DNA from: a virus
Lineage: Duplodnaviria > Caudoviricetes
Virus record (IMG/VR): IMGVR_UViG_3300030397_000846
Location: 1 to 28,734 of that record
DNA length: 28,734 bases
Direction: 5' to 3' (one strand)
Each line of letters opens with the position of its first letter. The first letter of the stretch is position 1. The notes below the pieces were generated by a model that did no database searches, had not been told where the DNA came from, and saw nothing but the letters and a program-made list of their open reading frames with translations. Positions 8,785-18,091 of this stretch are shown here, one piece after another. Position numbers and translations under genes: made by a program.

Positions 8785-9758
8785 GTCGCCAGCCACTCCT
8801 TCGCCCCGCCACTGTCAAGTGACAGGTAAAGGGTCGCTGAGGCTGAAGCTCCAACAACCACGACATTGGTCGACAAGTGGTTCTGGACTGTGACGTTGGC
8901 AGTGCCGTCATTCACGATGAAGAAGATCGGACCTCCCGGCGGAATGTTCGCGTAGTCGGGGAGAGTGCAAACCATCGCCGAGGTAGGAGCGAATCGATGG
9001 ATCAATCCTTGGGCGGTAGTGATTGACACCGCGTCATTGACAGCCCCGTGATCAGTGCCACCTCCGTTGTACTGCTCTTCGTCGATCGCCCTCTCATCAA
9101 GGAGTTCCACAATTGGAATGTCAGGAATCGCCGCGGCATTGAACCCATCAATCTGGATCGACAAATTGAAATCGACTTCCTTGCCGAATCGTGCGGGGAC
9201 ATCGAAGGCACATCCCGCTTTGACTTGAACACCAGCTCCGGGTGCAGTCGAAAAGGTGATCTGACCAGTGGTGGTGTTTACGGTCCACCCGCTCGACTGG
9301 GAAACGTCATCGAGTGAAACCAGAACATTGTAGGCGACACCATCGACAGTCTCGCCGTGGATGGGCTTTTCGATAATCCGGTTTCGATCGATTCCAGCAT
9401 TCGAATAAATCTTCTTGAGCTGGAAGACGGTAGTTGCCCCATCGCCAGCTCCGAGAAGAACGTCGGTATCACTCGGAGCGTCTCGATGATTTGCTGCCGT
9501 AGTGTAGTCAAGCCAGTCTTTGTAGCGAAAGCCGTTCAAGACACCATCGCGAGCAATGTAGAACTCATATGCTACGCCAAGGTCGTCTTGGTCACGAATT
9601 CCATAGACGGCATTGAACCGACGTTTCGGCTTCGACATCCGACCGATCCGAGTTTCCTGGCCACTACGCAACTCGATCACGTTGGTGTTGAAGCCAGGGC
9701 CCCCCTTCGATCCGTATGAGATGTCGGTTGGAAACCGTGCTGTCTCATGAAAGGCCAC
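8781..9758 (-). CDS. Distal tail (Dit) protein, DUF2460/TIGR02217 family, with about 95-aa C-terminal extension
   Basis: AFHETARFPTDISYGSKGGPGFNT...SGQETR...F..ARDG.LNGFRYKDWLDY...GDGATTVFQL.K.Y...AG..FDVPARF. GTG start at 9758 with GGAGA SD overlaps the TMP end. Confidence 0.92.
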   Translation of the reverse strand: MAFHETARFPTDISYGSKGGPGFNTNVIELRSGQETRIGRMSKPKRRFNAVYGIRDQDDLGVAYEFYIARDGVLNGFRYKDWLDYTTAANHRDAPSDTDVLLGAGDGATTVFQLKKIYSNAGIDRNRIIEKPIHGETVDGVAYNVLVSLDDVSQSSGWTVNTTTGQITFSTAPGAGVQVKAGCAFDVPARFGKEVDFNLSIQIDGFNAAAIPDIPIVELLDERAIDEEQYNGGGTDHGAVNDAVSITTAQGLIHRFAPTSAMVCTLPDYANIPPGGPIFFIVNDGTANVTVQNHLSTNVVVVGASASATLYLSLDSGGAKEWLAT

Positions 9759-12483
9759 GACGAATGTCTCCAATGATCTGACGTTCGGACTGGCGGAACG
9801 AGTCAGCGTCCCGCGCATTGACTGTCATGTTGACGATCACGGTCTTCCCACCCGCTCCACCACCCGTGACCTCGACTCCGAGTCGGCCACCTTGCCCTCT
9901 CTTCAACGGCAGAATAGCTTCGGGAGCGACCTCTGCGATAGTGCCGACTTGGCCGTTGTTCAACGGGAACGCACTCGGCGTCGAGACGACTCCGCCATTC
10001 TGGAATGGAACAACGTTACCCCCAGAAAAAACATTGCCCCTTGCCGAACCGATCAGTCCCAAGAACCCAGGGAGACTTGAGAACAGGTCACGGATAGGCG
10101 CTTTCACGAACGCATCGAAGAGGATCTGGTTGATCTCGGTCAAGAGGTTGCGGAGGACGTCTTGGACTGACTCAAATCCAAAGACGATGTCTTCGAAGGT
10201 GTTGGCGACACTCTCACCCACCTGATCGAAGACGTCTTTGATCTTCTGTTCTTCGGCAGTCAGTTCTTGAGTCTCGGTCTTGAGCCTGTTGGTCTTGTCA
10301 CCAGCATCGTCAAGAGCCTTGTTGAGTCCCTCCAATCCAGTGATACCGCCCTTGACCGTAACAGTGAGATCTCCGACCTCACCTTCCAGATCCATGACCC
10401 CCTGACCGGTTGCTTCCGTGGCAGCCTTGGTTCTGTCGAGTGCGCGAGTGAAGATGTCCTGAAGCGCACTTTCAAGGTCTACTGCCTCTTCCAGTTCTGC
10501 AAACAGTTCTGGACCAAGAGCGATCTTGAGAGCGGTACGGGTCGTCTCCGCAATCTTCTCACCAACTTCAACCGCACGACCAAGGAAGTTTCGATTCAGT
10601 GACGCTTCGAAGTCATCTCCAACATCGTTGAGTAGGGTATTGAAGTTGCTGGCTGAGTCACCACCCAGAACCCCGAATGCGGCTCTTTGCCTCGCAAGAA
10701 TCCTTCGACTTGAATCGATGGGTGAGGTGATTTCGAATTCACTGAACGCCTTGATCAGCTCGACGAGAGCGCCGAAGGTATCTCGGATCTGACGACCGAT
10801 GAACTGGAAGATCCTGACGACAAGCCGACCCATAAACTCGAATGTGCCGATGATCTTGTTGACCACTTCAACAGCTACGGCAACCATTCCACTCAGGATC
10901 AACTCCCAGTTGTTGGCTATGGTGCTGAAGACGCCACCGAATTGGTTATCAAGAACGACGAGAATCTGCCTCACACCTTCAAGAAAGATCTCGAAGATCC
11001 GACGGATAGCTTTGAAGACTACGGCACCTCGTTCTTGGATGACCTCGAATGTCGCTCCGACAAGAGACCCGACCCGGATGCTCTCGCCTTGAATCTCGAT
11101 CATCGAGTTCCGGAACTTGATCAACACTCCAACCGCTGACGCAATTGCCACTGCGATAAGACCAATCGGATTGGACGCGAGCGCAATCGTGAACGCTTTC
11201 AATGCAGCGGTGGCAGAGATGAAGAAGCCGGCGAGCTTGAACGAGAGAAGAACACCGATGGCACCGGCAAAGGCGAGGACGTTGTCAGCCGTGCGACGGG
11301 CGGCTTCCGCTGACCCGTTCAACTGATCGTCCATCCCGATCAACACCCGGACTACATCCGTAGCGCGATCGACAAGCCCTCTCAAAGCTCGACCAAGACC
11401 ACGCTCCCCGAGCTGGAGGAACCCCTCTTCGACTGCCGAGTTCAGGCTACGGAATGCTCCCGCCAAATTGTCGCTCATGATCTGAGCGGTTCTCTGCGCG
11501 GTGCCACCGGCTTCTTCGTTGGCTTTTGATAGATCTCTGAGCTTGTCCGTTGCGGCTTGGATGATTGTTGACGCTGCCGCATTGCGTCGACCAAAGACAT
11601 CGATCGACCCAGCCGCATCGAGAGAGTTCCGAGAGAACTCTTCGAAGATAGGGGCGAGGCCCTCTTGGAAAATCGTCTTGGCGTCATCAAGCGTGACACC
11701 AATTTCTTTCAATGCCGCGTTTGCTTTGTCAGTGGGACCCAGGAGCGCGGCGATGACTCCTCGCAAGTTAGTTCCCGCAAGACTCGCCTGGACACCGGCA
11801 TCACCAAGGACACCAATGACCGCGGCTGTCTCTTCGAGAGATAATCCGGCAGCATTCGCGACCGGACCTGCGAGCTTGAACGCTTCCGCAAGCTGGCGGA
11901 TATCTGTGTTTGCCGAGTTCGCGGTATTGACCAAAACATCGACGATCCGCTCTGTCTCACTGGCATCGAGTCTGAATTGGCCGAGGATGTTCGATGCAGT
12001 GTCAGCAGCAAAGCCAAGTTCCACTGCGCCCGCCGCTGCAAGATCGAGTGTCGCAGGGATCGCAGCAATCGCCGCGTCAGCGCTAAAGCCCGCACGCGCA
12101 AGAAAGACGAGACCCTCCGCGGCTTCCGTCGCGGAGAATCTCGTGGTAGCACCGAGACCGCGGGCTGTACTCTCAAGTTTGCCGAGTGTCTCTACGCTGG
12201 CGCCTGAGACGGCCAACAGCGTGGACATGGTCTCCTCGAAGTTGGCAATCGTTGAGATCGCCCCACGAATCCCGATACCTGCTCCGATACTCGCGAACGT
12301 GGTTGCGATCAGTGCTCCGACTCTCCCGGCTGTGACGCCGAGTCGATCCATTCGATTGTCAAGGCGATCGATATTTCCCGTGGCCCTCCGGGAGCTATCT
12401 GAGACCCGCTTCGCCGAGCGGTCGAACTCGTTTGCTCCTCTTCGGGCTCGACGAGAGTCGATACCAAGTCTTAGAGTCGGCAT
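9745..12483 (-). CDS. Tape measure protein (TP901-type N-terminal region, GTA/lambda-like C-terminus)
   Basis: 912 aa, Ala-rich. LGATTRFSATEAAEGLVFLARAGF...AGTNLR; C-terminal ARGNVF..FQNGGVV..EAILPLKRG..GRLGV..DADSFRQSERQI. Confidence 0.95.
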   Translation of the reverse strand: MPTLRLGIDSRRARRGANEFDRSAKRVSDSSRRATGNIDRLDNRMDRLGVTAGRVGALIATTFASIGAGIGIRGAISTIANFEETMSTLLAVSGASVETLGKLESTARGLGATTRFSATEAAEGLVFLARAGFSADAAIAAIPATLDLAAAGAVELGFAADTASNILGQFRLDASETERIVDVLVNTANSANTDIRQLAEAFKLAGPVANAAGLSLEETAAVIGVLGDAGVQASLAGTNLRGVIAALLGPTDKANAALKEIGVTLDDAKTIFQEGLAPIFEEFSRNSLDAAGSIDVFGRRNAAASTIIQAATDKLRDLSKANEEAGGTAQRTAQIMSDNLAGAFRSLNSAVEEGFLQLGERGLGRALRGLVDRATDVVRVLIGMDDQLNGSAEAARRTADNVLAFAGAIGVLLSFKLAGFFISATAALKAFTIALASNPIGLIAVAIASAVGVLIKFRNSMIEIQGESIRVGSLVGATFEVIQERGAVVFKAIRRIFEIFLEGVRQILVVLDNQFGGVFSTIANNWELILSGMVAVAVEVVNKIIGTFEFMGRLVVRIFQFIGRQIRDTFGALVELIKAFSEFEITSPIDSSRRILARQRAAFGVLGGDSASNFNTLLNDVGDDFEASLNRNFLGRAVEVGEKIAETTRTALKIALGPELFAELEEAVDLESALQDIFTRALDRTKAATEATGQGVMDLEGEVGDLTVTVKGGITGLEGLNKALDDAGDKTNRLKTETQELTAEEQKIKDVFDQVGESVANTFEDIVFGFESVQDVLRNLLTEINQILFDAFVKAPIRDLFSSLPGFLGLIGSARGNVFSGGNVVPFQNGGVVSTPSAFPLNNGQVGTIAEVAPEAILPLKRGQGGRLGVEVTGGGAGGKTVIVNMTVNARDADSFRQSERQIIGDIRRGLS

Positions 12484-12485
12484 AC

Positions 12486-12833
12486 TTACTTAGTCCGCGT
12501 CTTCGCCTTGATTTCCTTCTGGGCCTTCTTCATCCAGACATCATCAAGGACGGTGATCATCTTCCAATACCAGCGTCGTTCTTCGGGGTCATCGATTTCA
12601 TACATGTCGAGCCAGGCCACAACTTCCAAGATCGAAATCCGGTTGGGCGCGTAGCCAACCCGTCGTTGCATGTTGAGGTTGTTGAAGGCGAGCCAGACCG
12701 GTTGAAGGTCTTCGAAAAGTGTCGGCTTCTTGTCCAACGCTTCGACTGGCTCACCTCTCGCTTGTCTCCTTTCAAGTGTCGCCAGGTGGGGCGCCCAATC
12801 AAGCTCCCACTGGAGGCACTCTCTCAGTTTCCC
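12486..12833 (-). CDS. Tail assembly chaperone, -1 frameshift extension (lambda gpT-like)
   Basis: The -1 frame is open from the slippery site (KLRECLQWELDW...LDKKPTLFEDLQPVWLAFNNL..RR.G..PNRI) to the stop at 12486. Predicted fusion is 247 aa. Confidence 0.85.
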   Translation of the reverse strand, partial: GKLRECLQWELDWAPHLATLERRQARGEPVEALDKKPTLFEDLQPVWLAFNNLNMQRRVGYAPNRISILEVVAWLDMYEIDDPEERRWYWKMITVLDDVWMKKAQKEIKAKTRTK

Positions 12834-13228
12834 TCGGACTCGTCGTCGAACTCCTGACGGAACAGTTCACCCGCGTTCGCGGCTTCGACGACGAATTCGA
12901 AGATCGGGCGAAGCTCTTCGTCATTGAAGATCTCCAGGCAGGCATCCGGACTGTATTCGAGGTCGCTGCCGTCTTCGTTCTCGATGTTCTTCCAGCCGAG
13001 TACCAGGTACTTGGACGCGGCGTTCTTGAACAAGCTGGTCTGAAGACCGTGGGCGGCAGTGCCGTTTCGAATCATCCGAAGATGTGGCTTGGTGATCTTC
13101 CGAAGGTAGTCTTGGAACCTCTTGCTGTTCACGTTCGCGATGAGGAATTCGATACCATCCTCGAACGGAACCCAGACTCCCTCGACTTCCTTCCCGGTAT
13201 CCTGTCTGAATTTCTTCAGCTTCGCCAT
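12824..13228 (-). CDS. Tail assembly chaperone (lambda gpG-like)
   Basis: 134 aa with EVEGVW...VLGWKNI...YSPD motifs. Between tail tube and TMP, AAGGAG SD. Confidence 0.88.
   Translation of the reverse strand: MAKLKKFRQDTGKEVEGVWVPFEDGIEFLIANVNSKRFQDYLRKITKPHLRMIRNGTAAHGLQTSLFKNAASKYLVLGWKNIENEDGSDLEYSPDACLEIFNDEELRPIFEFVVEAANAGELFRQEFDDESEGN
12827..12833 (-). promoter_or_regulatory. -1 programmed ribosomal frameshift slippery site G GGA AAC
   Basis: X XXY YYZ heptamer immediately before the TGA of the first chaperone, at the canonical position between tube and TMP. Lambda uses G GGA AAG. Confidence 0.88.
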
Positions 13229-13252
13229 GTGTGCTACTCCTTGGTTCTTGGA

Positions 13253-14419
13253 TCAGGCGTCGAACTGGACGACGCGCAACGTGTAGTCGTAGGTCGGGTC
13301 ACGGAAGGCCGTGTACTCCAACGCCGCGATGATGTCCGTGTTGATTCCTCCGGCGGTCTGCTGGCCGTCGGTGAATCTGACGCGGGGCATGTGGAAGATG
13401 GTCGCGTTGCCGCTGCCGTCCTCCGTGACCAGGGCGATGGACGTGTTGCTGAAGTTGCGATAGCGGTCCATCACCGCCTTGGAAGCGAAGTAGGCTTCGA
13501 GCGACCCGGTGACGTTGACCGATCCCGTTCCGATCGAGATCGCGCCCAGGGTCCCGATCTTCGAGCGAGCGCGAAGGTTATTCGCGAGCGCAAGAGAGAA
13601 GCTGGTCACGTCGAGTCCGGTCGCGCCGTTCTCGAAGATTCCCTGGACGTGGTCGATGGCGTTGAGGATGTCGTTGGTCGGGGCAGCGGTGTTGGTCCCC
13701 GTTCCCGAAGTCGAGGAAGCCCCGACCTCGCTCTTGCCGAGGAAACCGAAGCTGCCGGTGATGATCGCTTCGACCGCGACCTGGAGCGAGAGGGTGTCGG
13801 GCATCATGCCGCCGAGCGTGACGAACTCGGACGACAGATCGCCGAATTCCTTCTCGATGTGGAAGGTTCGAGCCGTCGTGCCGTTGGTCATGATCTGACC
13901 GACCTTGATCGTGATCGAGTCGCCCGCGGCCTCGGTGACGAGAGTTCCGTGAGAGACGGTGATCTTGGTGTTAGTCACGGCGGTGACGAAGAAGTACCCG
14001 TTGTTGGCCGCTTCGGTGAACCCACGAACTTCGATCCAGTCGCCGACGGCCGGGTTCGTCGCCCACGCCGTGGTGTGGTTGAACGAGTTGTCCGTATCGC
14101 TGGCGGAGATCGCGGTGTCAGCGGAGTCGACGGTGACTTCCGAAGTCTTGTCGGCCGAGAGAAGAGCCGCCTCGATGAACTCCTCGTAGGCCTTGTACGA
14201 GAGTTCGAGCGACAGGTCGCCCGCGGCGCGGAGATTGGTTCGGATCACGTCGGGAACCTGGCGGTCCGATCGAATCTCACTCGATGACGTAGTCTCGGTT
14301 TCTTGCTTCAAGCTCTCCGAGACGAAACGAAGGTCCTTGAGCGCGGTCCCGGGGCTGACGCCGAACGACGATTCCTCGACGAAAGCCAGGCCCATACGAT
14401 TGGCATCAGCCTGTGACAT
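13253..14419 (-). CDS. Major tail tube protein with inserted accessory beta-domain
   Basis: 388 aa. E..FGV.P...LRF.SESL...SSEIRSDRQV...GDLSLELSY...VTGSLEAYF...F.MPRV.F. Strong codon bias and AAAGGAG SD. Confidence 0.92.
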   Translation of the reverse strand: MSQADANRMGLAFVEESSFGVSPGTALKDLRFVSESLKQETETTSSSEIRSDRQVPDVIRTNLRAAGDLSLELSYKAYEEFIEAALLSADKTSEVTVDSADTAISASDTDNSFNHTTAWATNPAVGDWIEVRGFTEAANNGYFFVTAVTNTKITVSHGTLVTEAAGDSITIKVGQIMTNGTTARTFHIEKEFGDLSSEFVTLGGMMPDTLSLQVAVEAIITGSFGFLGKSEVGASSTSGTGTNTAAPTNDILNAIDHVQGIFENGATGLDVTSFSLALANNLRARSKIGTLGAISIGTGSVNVTGSLEAYFASKAVMDRYRNFSNTSIALVTEDGSGNATIFHMPRVRFTDGQQTAGGINTDIIAALEYTAFRDPTYDYTLRVVQFDA

Positions 14420-14433
14420 TCTGGGTCACTCCT

Positions 14434-15768
14434 TTAACTACTGACCATGAACGGGACCGTCGTGGAAATCTGCCACCAAGGTCCAATCCTACCGACATTC
14501 CGAACGGTAGGAGCCCGAAAGGTCACACCCTTTACAGTGACCAGTCGGAATGCGTCTTTGACTTTATCAGCGGCTTGCAAGCCGTCACGCTCTCCGGTTT
14601 CGACCGGGACGAAGATCGTCCCCACCAACATCCCTATGGTTCTGTGCTTGAGATTAGCTCCGAGTTCGCTTACTTCGCGATCACCAAACCTCACGATGCA
14701 CTGTGACCAGAGACCGCCTTCGGGGATCTCGAATGGGGCATTGTCAAATTGGGTATCGATCGATTCACCAACTGTGATCTGGCTTTCATACCTCTCTCGA
14801 ATGTGGTTCGCGATCTGTTCGAACCCTGTCGAGTCTCCAGAGACACCGGCGATCTTGGCTTGGGTAACTGTATTCTGGAACGGCACACTCACATTGACCA
14901 CGTAGTCACTGTCGCCACGTCGAGACCCATCTATCCTCGACTGCCTGAAAGTCAACTCGGTATTGAGAGTCACGTTGTCAAATGCAGCGGATACCGCATC
15001 TGCCACAGCGTGGGCCTGGCTATCACCGACCTCGAGTGGGATATGGATCTCTGCTCGAATACTGCCAAAGGTACGGAAGGTGTCGCTCTTGTTTGTTGCT
15101 ACATGGAGGGCGTTGTCAGTAATCACCATCATCCGAACCCACCTTGCACCCTCGGGCTTGTCGAATGGCGCATTGTCATAGTGGGTTGGCACGGGCACTG
15201 CTGTTTCGACCTGTGTGCTCCACCTCGATCGGATCAGCGCGTGCATTGCATCCATGCTACCAGGCAAAGCACCGCTCCCGAGTCTGGCGATGAACGTGAC
15301 CGTCCCCGCTGCAAGAGAAAAGAGAGTGCCTCGCGCTCGCATCGTTCCGCTTGCGCTCGACGTGCCCGACACGATGCCGACACGAGGTCCGAAGATGGCG
15401 TCGCCCACCAGAGTTGCAGCGCTCGACGCGACGGCGTTTGAAAGCGCCTCTGAGCGTCCCGCTCCCCGACCCGTCACAGATGTCGATGACGTCCCAGAAA
15501 CGACAACAGCGAACGACAGGGACGCCCGTAGAGAACCTGAGACGATCGCACGAGGGGGAGTGAACGAAAAGACGCTGACGACGAGAGATCCCGACCCCCT
15601 GAGGGTAGAGGTCGACAGAGAGGCCCCGGCTGACGTTCCTTCCACGCGACCACTGCCACGGGAAACCCCGGTTGATGATGATATACCTGCCGAGCTTGCC
15701 ACCATCATGCCGAATTGAAGGAGCTTTCTTGGCCCCCATCGATGAGCCCTCTGCCGATTGTTCCTCAT
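14434..15768 (-). CDS. Tail terminator with two tandem DUF4128-like domains and an N-terminal Gly/Ser-rich repeat region
   Basis: Directly precedes the tube gene. Two homologous domains of about 130 aa (YDNAPFDKPEGARW vs FDNAPFEIPEGGLW; both end in VPF). The first 170 aa or so are roughly 20-aa G/S/A/T repeats. Confidence 0.85.
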   Translation of the reverse strand: MRNNRQRAHRWGPRKLLQFGMMVASSAGISSSTGVSRGSGRVEGTSAGASLSTSTLRGSGSLVVSVFSFTPPRAIVSGSLRASLSFAVVVSGTSSTSVTGRGAGRSEALSNAVASSAATLVGDAIFGPRVGIVSGTSSASGTMRARGTLFSLAAGTVTFIARLGSGALPGSMDAMHALIRSRWSTQVETAVPVPTHYDNAPFDKPEGARWVRMMVITDNALHVATNKSDTFRTFGSIRAEIHIPLEVGDSQAHAVADAVSAAFDNVTLNTELTFRQSRIDGSRRGDSDYVVNVSVPFQNTVTQAKIAGVSGDSTGFEQIANHIRERYESQITVGESIDTQFDNAPFEIPEGGLWSQCIVRFGDREVSELGANLKHRTIGMLVGTIFVPVETGERDGLQAADKVKDAFRLVTVKGVTFRAPTVRNVGRIGPWWQISTTVPFMVSS

Positions 15769-16217
15769 TCCTCAAAGCTCATGTGCCCCGTCACGTTGAC
15801 CGCGTTTGCGGACTCACAACGAATGGCGAGCCTGCCTCCACCCGGGATGATGATCTCCTCATCGAAACCGAAAGTCCGCTCATACCCGTCTTGGGGATGA
15901 ATGTTGTACCGCCTGAGAACGTCGGTCACCGTGGGTTCTGATGTCGCGTTCTTCTGGGCAGTAGTTTGAAGGGCCTCCGCCAGACTACTGTCGTCCTTGA
16001 CGGGAGTAGCGCTCGTCATCGTACCAGCGGTAGACTGGCGGAGGATCTCTACGTTGACGGGCTCCAGGCCCGCACTCGTCGCGTCGAAGCTCACCGAAAA
16101 GCCAAGCAAGGCCACACGATGATTCGAGGGGGCAACGATCTGGAGAATGGTCTTGGCAGTCGACCCAGCAAGAGCGACCTCGCCCTCCGTCGTGACTGTT
16201 CCTCGAAGTCGAGCCAT
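15765..16217 (-). CDS. Putative virion beta-sandwich protein
   Basis: 150 aa with alternating beta pattern, ending ..FEE. Coupled by overlaps on both sides. Confidence 0.75.
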   Translation of the reverse strand: MARLRGTVTTEGEVALAGSTAKTILQIVAPSNHRVALLGFSVSFDATSAGLEPVNVEILRQSTAGTMTSATPVKDDSSLAEALQTTAQKNATSEPTVTDVLRRYNIHPQDGYERTFGFDEEIIIPGGGRLAIRCESANAVNVTGHMSFEE

Positions 16218-17638
16218 TACCTTCTTCTCCTACTATCTCTTCCTGGCCCAGTCACTCTCATACGACCAAGCCTTGTGCCTTTGAATGGTTCGTGAGCGTA
16301 CCGGCCTCTGATGGTAAAGTGGACATCATCCGGCCAGTCGATTCTCTCTGCGACGTTCGGGGATGAGGCCGTGGGATGGAACACTGTTGCCGATTCGAGA
16401 AAAGGGTTACCCGTCTTTGACTCGGTACTCGTTCTGTGGAGGGGTTGAACGCGGATTGCCTTCGCGTCGTTGTTGAGAAACTGGTTGTACCTCTCCATCA
16501 AGAAGATGTTCGAGTGACCTAACCCTCCCCCGTCATCGATCCCATATTCGGCATTCCTTGAAAACGTGCAACGGTTGAATGAGTGGACACCATCGGAATC
16601 GCCCTGAAGCTCAACACCATTTTGACTGTTGCTGTCAAACAGGCAGTGGTCAGCATGGATAGCCCACGACCGGGCGAACAAACCATTCTCTGTGTTGTTT
16701 TCTGCCAAGCACTCGGTAAGAAAGACGAAGGTGTGGCTGGGTGAATCTCCAGAGAAAAGAAACCCTGAGAGACCACTTCTCGATGCACGGCAACGAATGA
16801 ACTTCAGGTAGTTAGCTACCGAGCCTGCTGTCATCTGGAAGCCTGCTCCCGATGACTGATCAGCCCAGCACTCGATGAACACCATCTGTGACTCATTCGA
16901 GACTTGCAGGTTGAAGCTCGACACATTGATGGCAGAACACTGCTCCATCACGCACCGTTGACAATGCCTGACAAAGTATCCGTTAGGGCTCGACGTCCTT
17001 TCGACCTTGCAGTTGTCAAAGACCGAGTCCTCGAATTTCGAGAACATACCAGAGGTGCCAGAGCTTGGAGTTTCGCCATTGAGGTTTCGAAACTCCCATC
17101 TCTCTGCACTTGAAGACTCGAAAATATCAGTGGCCGTAGTCATCTGCACCACACTGACCCGAGTCCCGTCGATCAGACACCGACTTGTTCCGCCAGACAC
17201 AGACTTGGGCCCATCAGCCACAGTCCCGCTACCAATACATGAGATTGGCGATGAGATGGAATAGGTTCCATCATTCCCGATTACAAGGTCATCTCCTGCA
17301 CCCAACGAGCTAACGCCAGCTTGGATCGTGAGCTTGGGCCCGCTTGAAGAGGTCACCGAGGTTGAATTCGAACCCGCGCTCTTAACCAGCTCAATGGCAT
17401 CGTTACTGACTTTAGAAGCAATCTCGTACAGACCCACGTTGATAGACGATCCACCAGTAAGGTAAATCACATCGCCTTCTTCATGGGTGTATGAAGCAAA
17501 AGCCCCGGGCAATTGGACTTGTTTGCTGAGGTCGACATAGGCGGCACCAGACAAGCCGAAGCCGAACGGATCGAGCCCATCGTTTGAATCCGATGGTGAC
17601 CCGATCAAAGGCGACGACTTGACGAAGTACCTGGTCAC
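16217..17638 (-). CDS. Right-handed parallel beta-helix (pectin-lyase-like) protein, putative depolymerase or appendage
   Basis: 473 aa. Repeated coils F..C.A..(S/N)...GF (FIECWADQSSGAGF, FIRCRASRSGLSGF, LTECLAENNTENGL, DHCLFDSNSQNGV, FNRCTFSRNAEYGI). N-terminal YFV...SDSNDGL. Confidence 0.85.
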   Translation of the reverse strand: MTRYFVKSSPLIGSPSDSNDGLDPFGFGLSGAAYVDLSKQVQLPGAFASYTHEEGDVIYLTGGSSINVGLYEIASKVSNDAIELVKSAGSNSTSVTSSSGPKLTIQAGVSSLGAGDDLVIGNDGTYSISSPISCIGSGTVADGPKSVSGGTSRCLIDGTRVSVVQMTTATDIFESSSAERWEFRNLNGETPSSGTSGMFSKFEDSVFDNCKVERTSSPNGYFVRHCQRCVMEQCSAINVSSFNLQVSNESQMVFIECWADQSSGAGFQMTAGSVANYLKFIRCRASRSGLSGFLFSGDSPSHTFVFLTECLAENNTENGLFARSWAIHADHCLFDSNSQNGVELQGDSDGVHSFNRCTFSRNAEYGIDDGGGLGHSNIFLMERYNQFLNNDAKAIRVQPLHRTSTESKTGNPFLESATVFHPTASSPNVAERIDWPDDVHFTIRGRYAHEPFKGTRLGRMRVTGPGRDSRRRR

Positions 17639-18091
17639 TTAGTCCTCGGTTACGTTGAGATCACCGGCATTGAATCGGGGAGTGATGTTCTGACCGACGA
17701 CGAGTCCGCCAGACGGTGATGTTATCGCACCCTTGTACAGGAGCTTCCCGGTCCCGCTTGCGCTCGTACCGATTCCGAAGTGCGTAATGGTGACTGACCC
17801 GGCGTCGGTCTTCTCTCCAAATGTGATGGTGTTATCGTTGTCGACTGTGCCCGACGCAACGGTCCAATTGCTTCCAGACCGTCCAACGGCCACTCGTGCG
17901 TAGCCGGTGTATGATGTCTCATTGGTGGTCTGATCTCCAGCTTCGCCTGGGTCAGCCGTGTGGAGAGAGATGTAGAGGTTACCAGCGGCGGCACTGCCCT
18001 GGATACCAGCCGCATCACCGACATTCGCCATGTCGACATTGGTGAAGATCAGTGCGAGGAGTTCGTCTTCGAAGGTATTAGTCTTCGACAT
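17639..18091 (-). CDS. Conserved phage virion appendage / fiber-base protein
   Basis: 150 aa. E..LL.LIF...LYISLHTADPGEAG...NE.SYTGYARVAV...ITF...TITHFGIG..ASG.G.LLY.G...P.F.AG.L...ED is a widespread phage structural family. Confidence 0.85.
   Translation of the reverse strand: MSKTNTFEDELLALIFTNVDMANVGDAAGIQGSAAAGNLYISLHTADPGEAGDQTTNETSYTGYARVAVGRSGSNWTVASGTVDNDNTITFGEKTDAGSVTITHFGIGTSASGTGKLLYKGAITSPSGGLVVGQNITPRFNAGDLNVTED

Noticed and set aside
3169-12483. Gene transfer agent cluster
   Set aside because: Only the tail tip is RcGTA-like. The head genes, the 912-aa TMP and the many accessory genes indicate a genuine phage.
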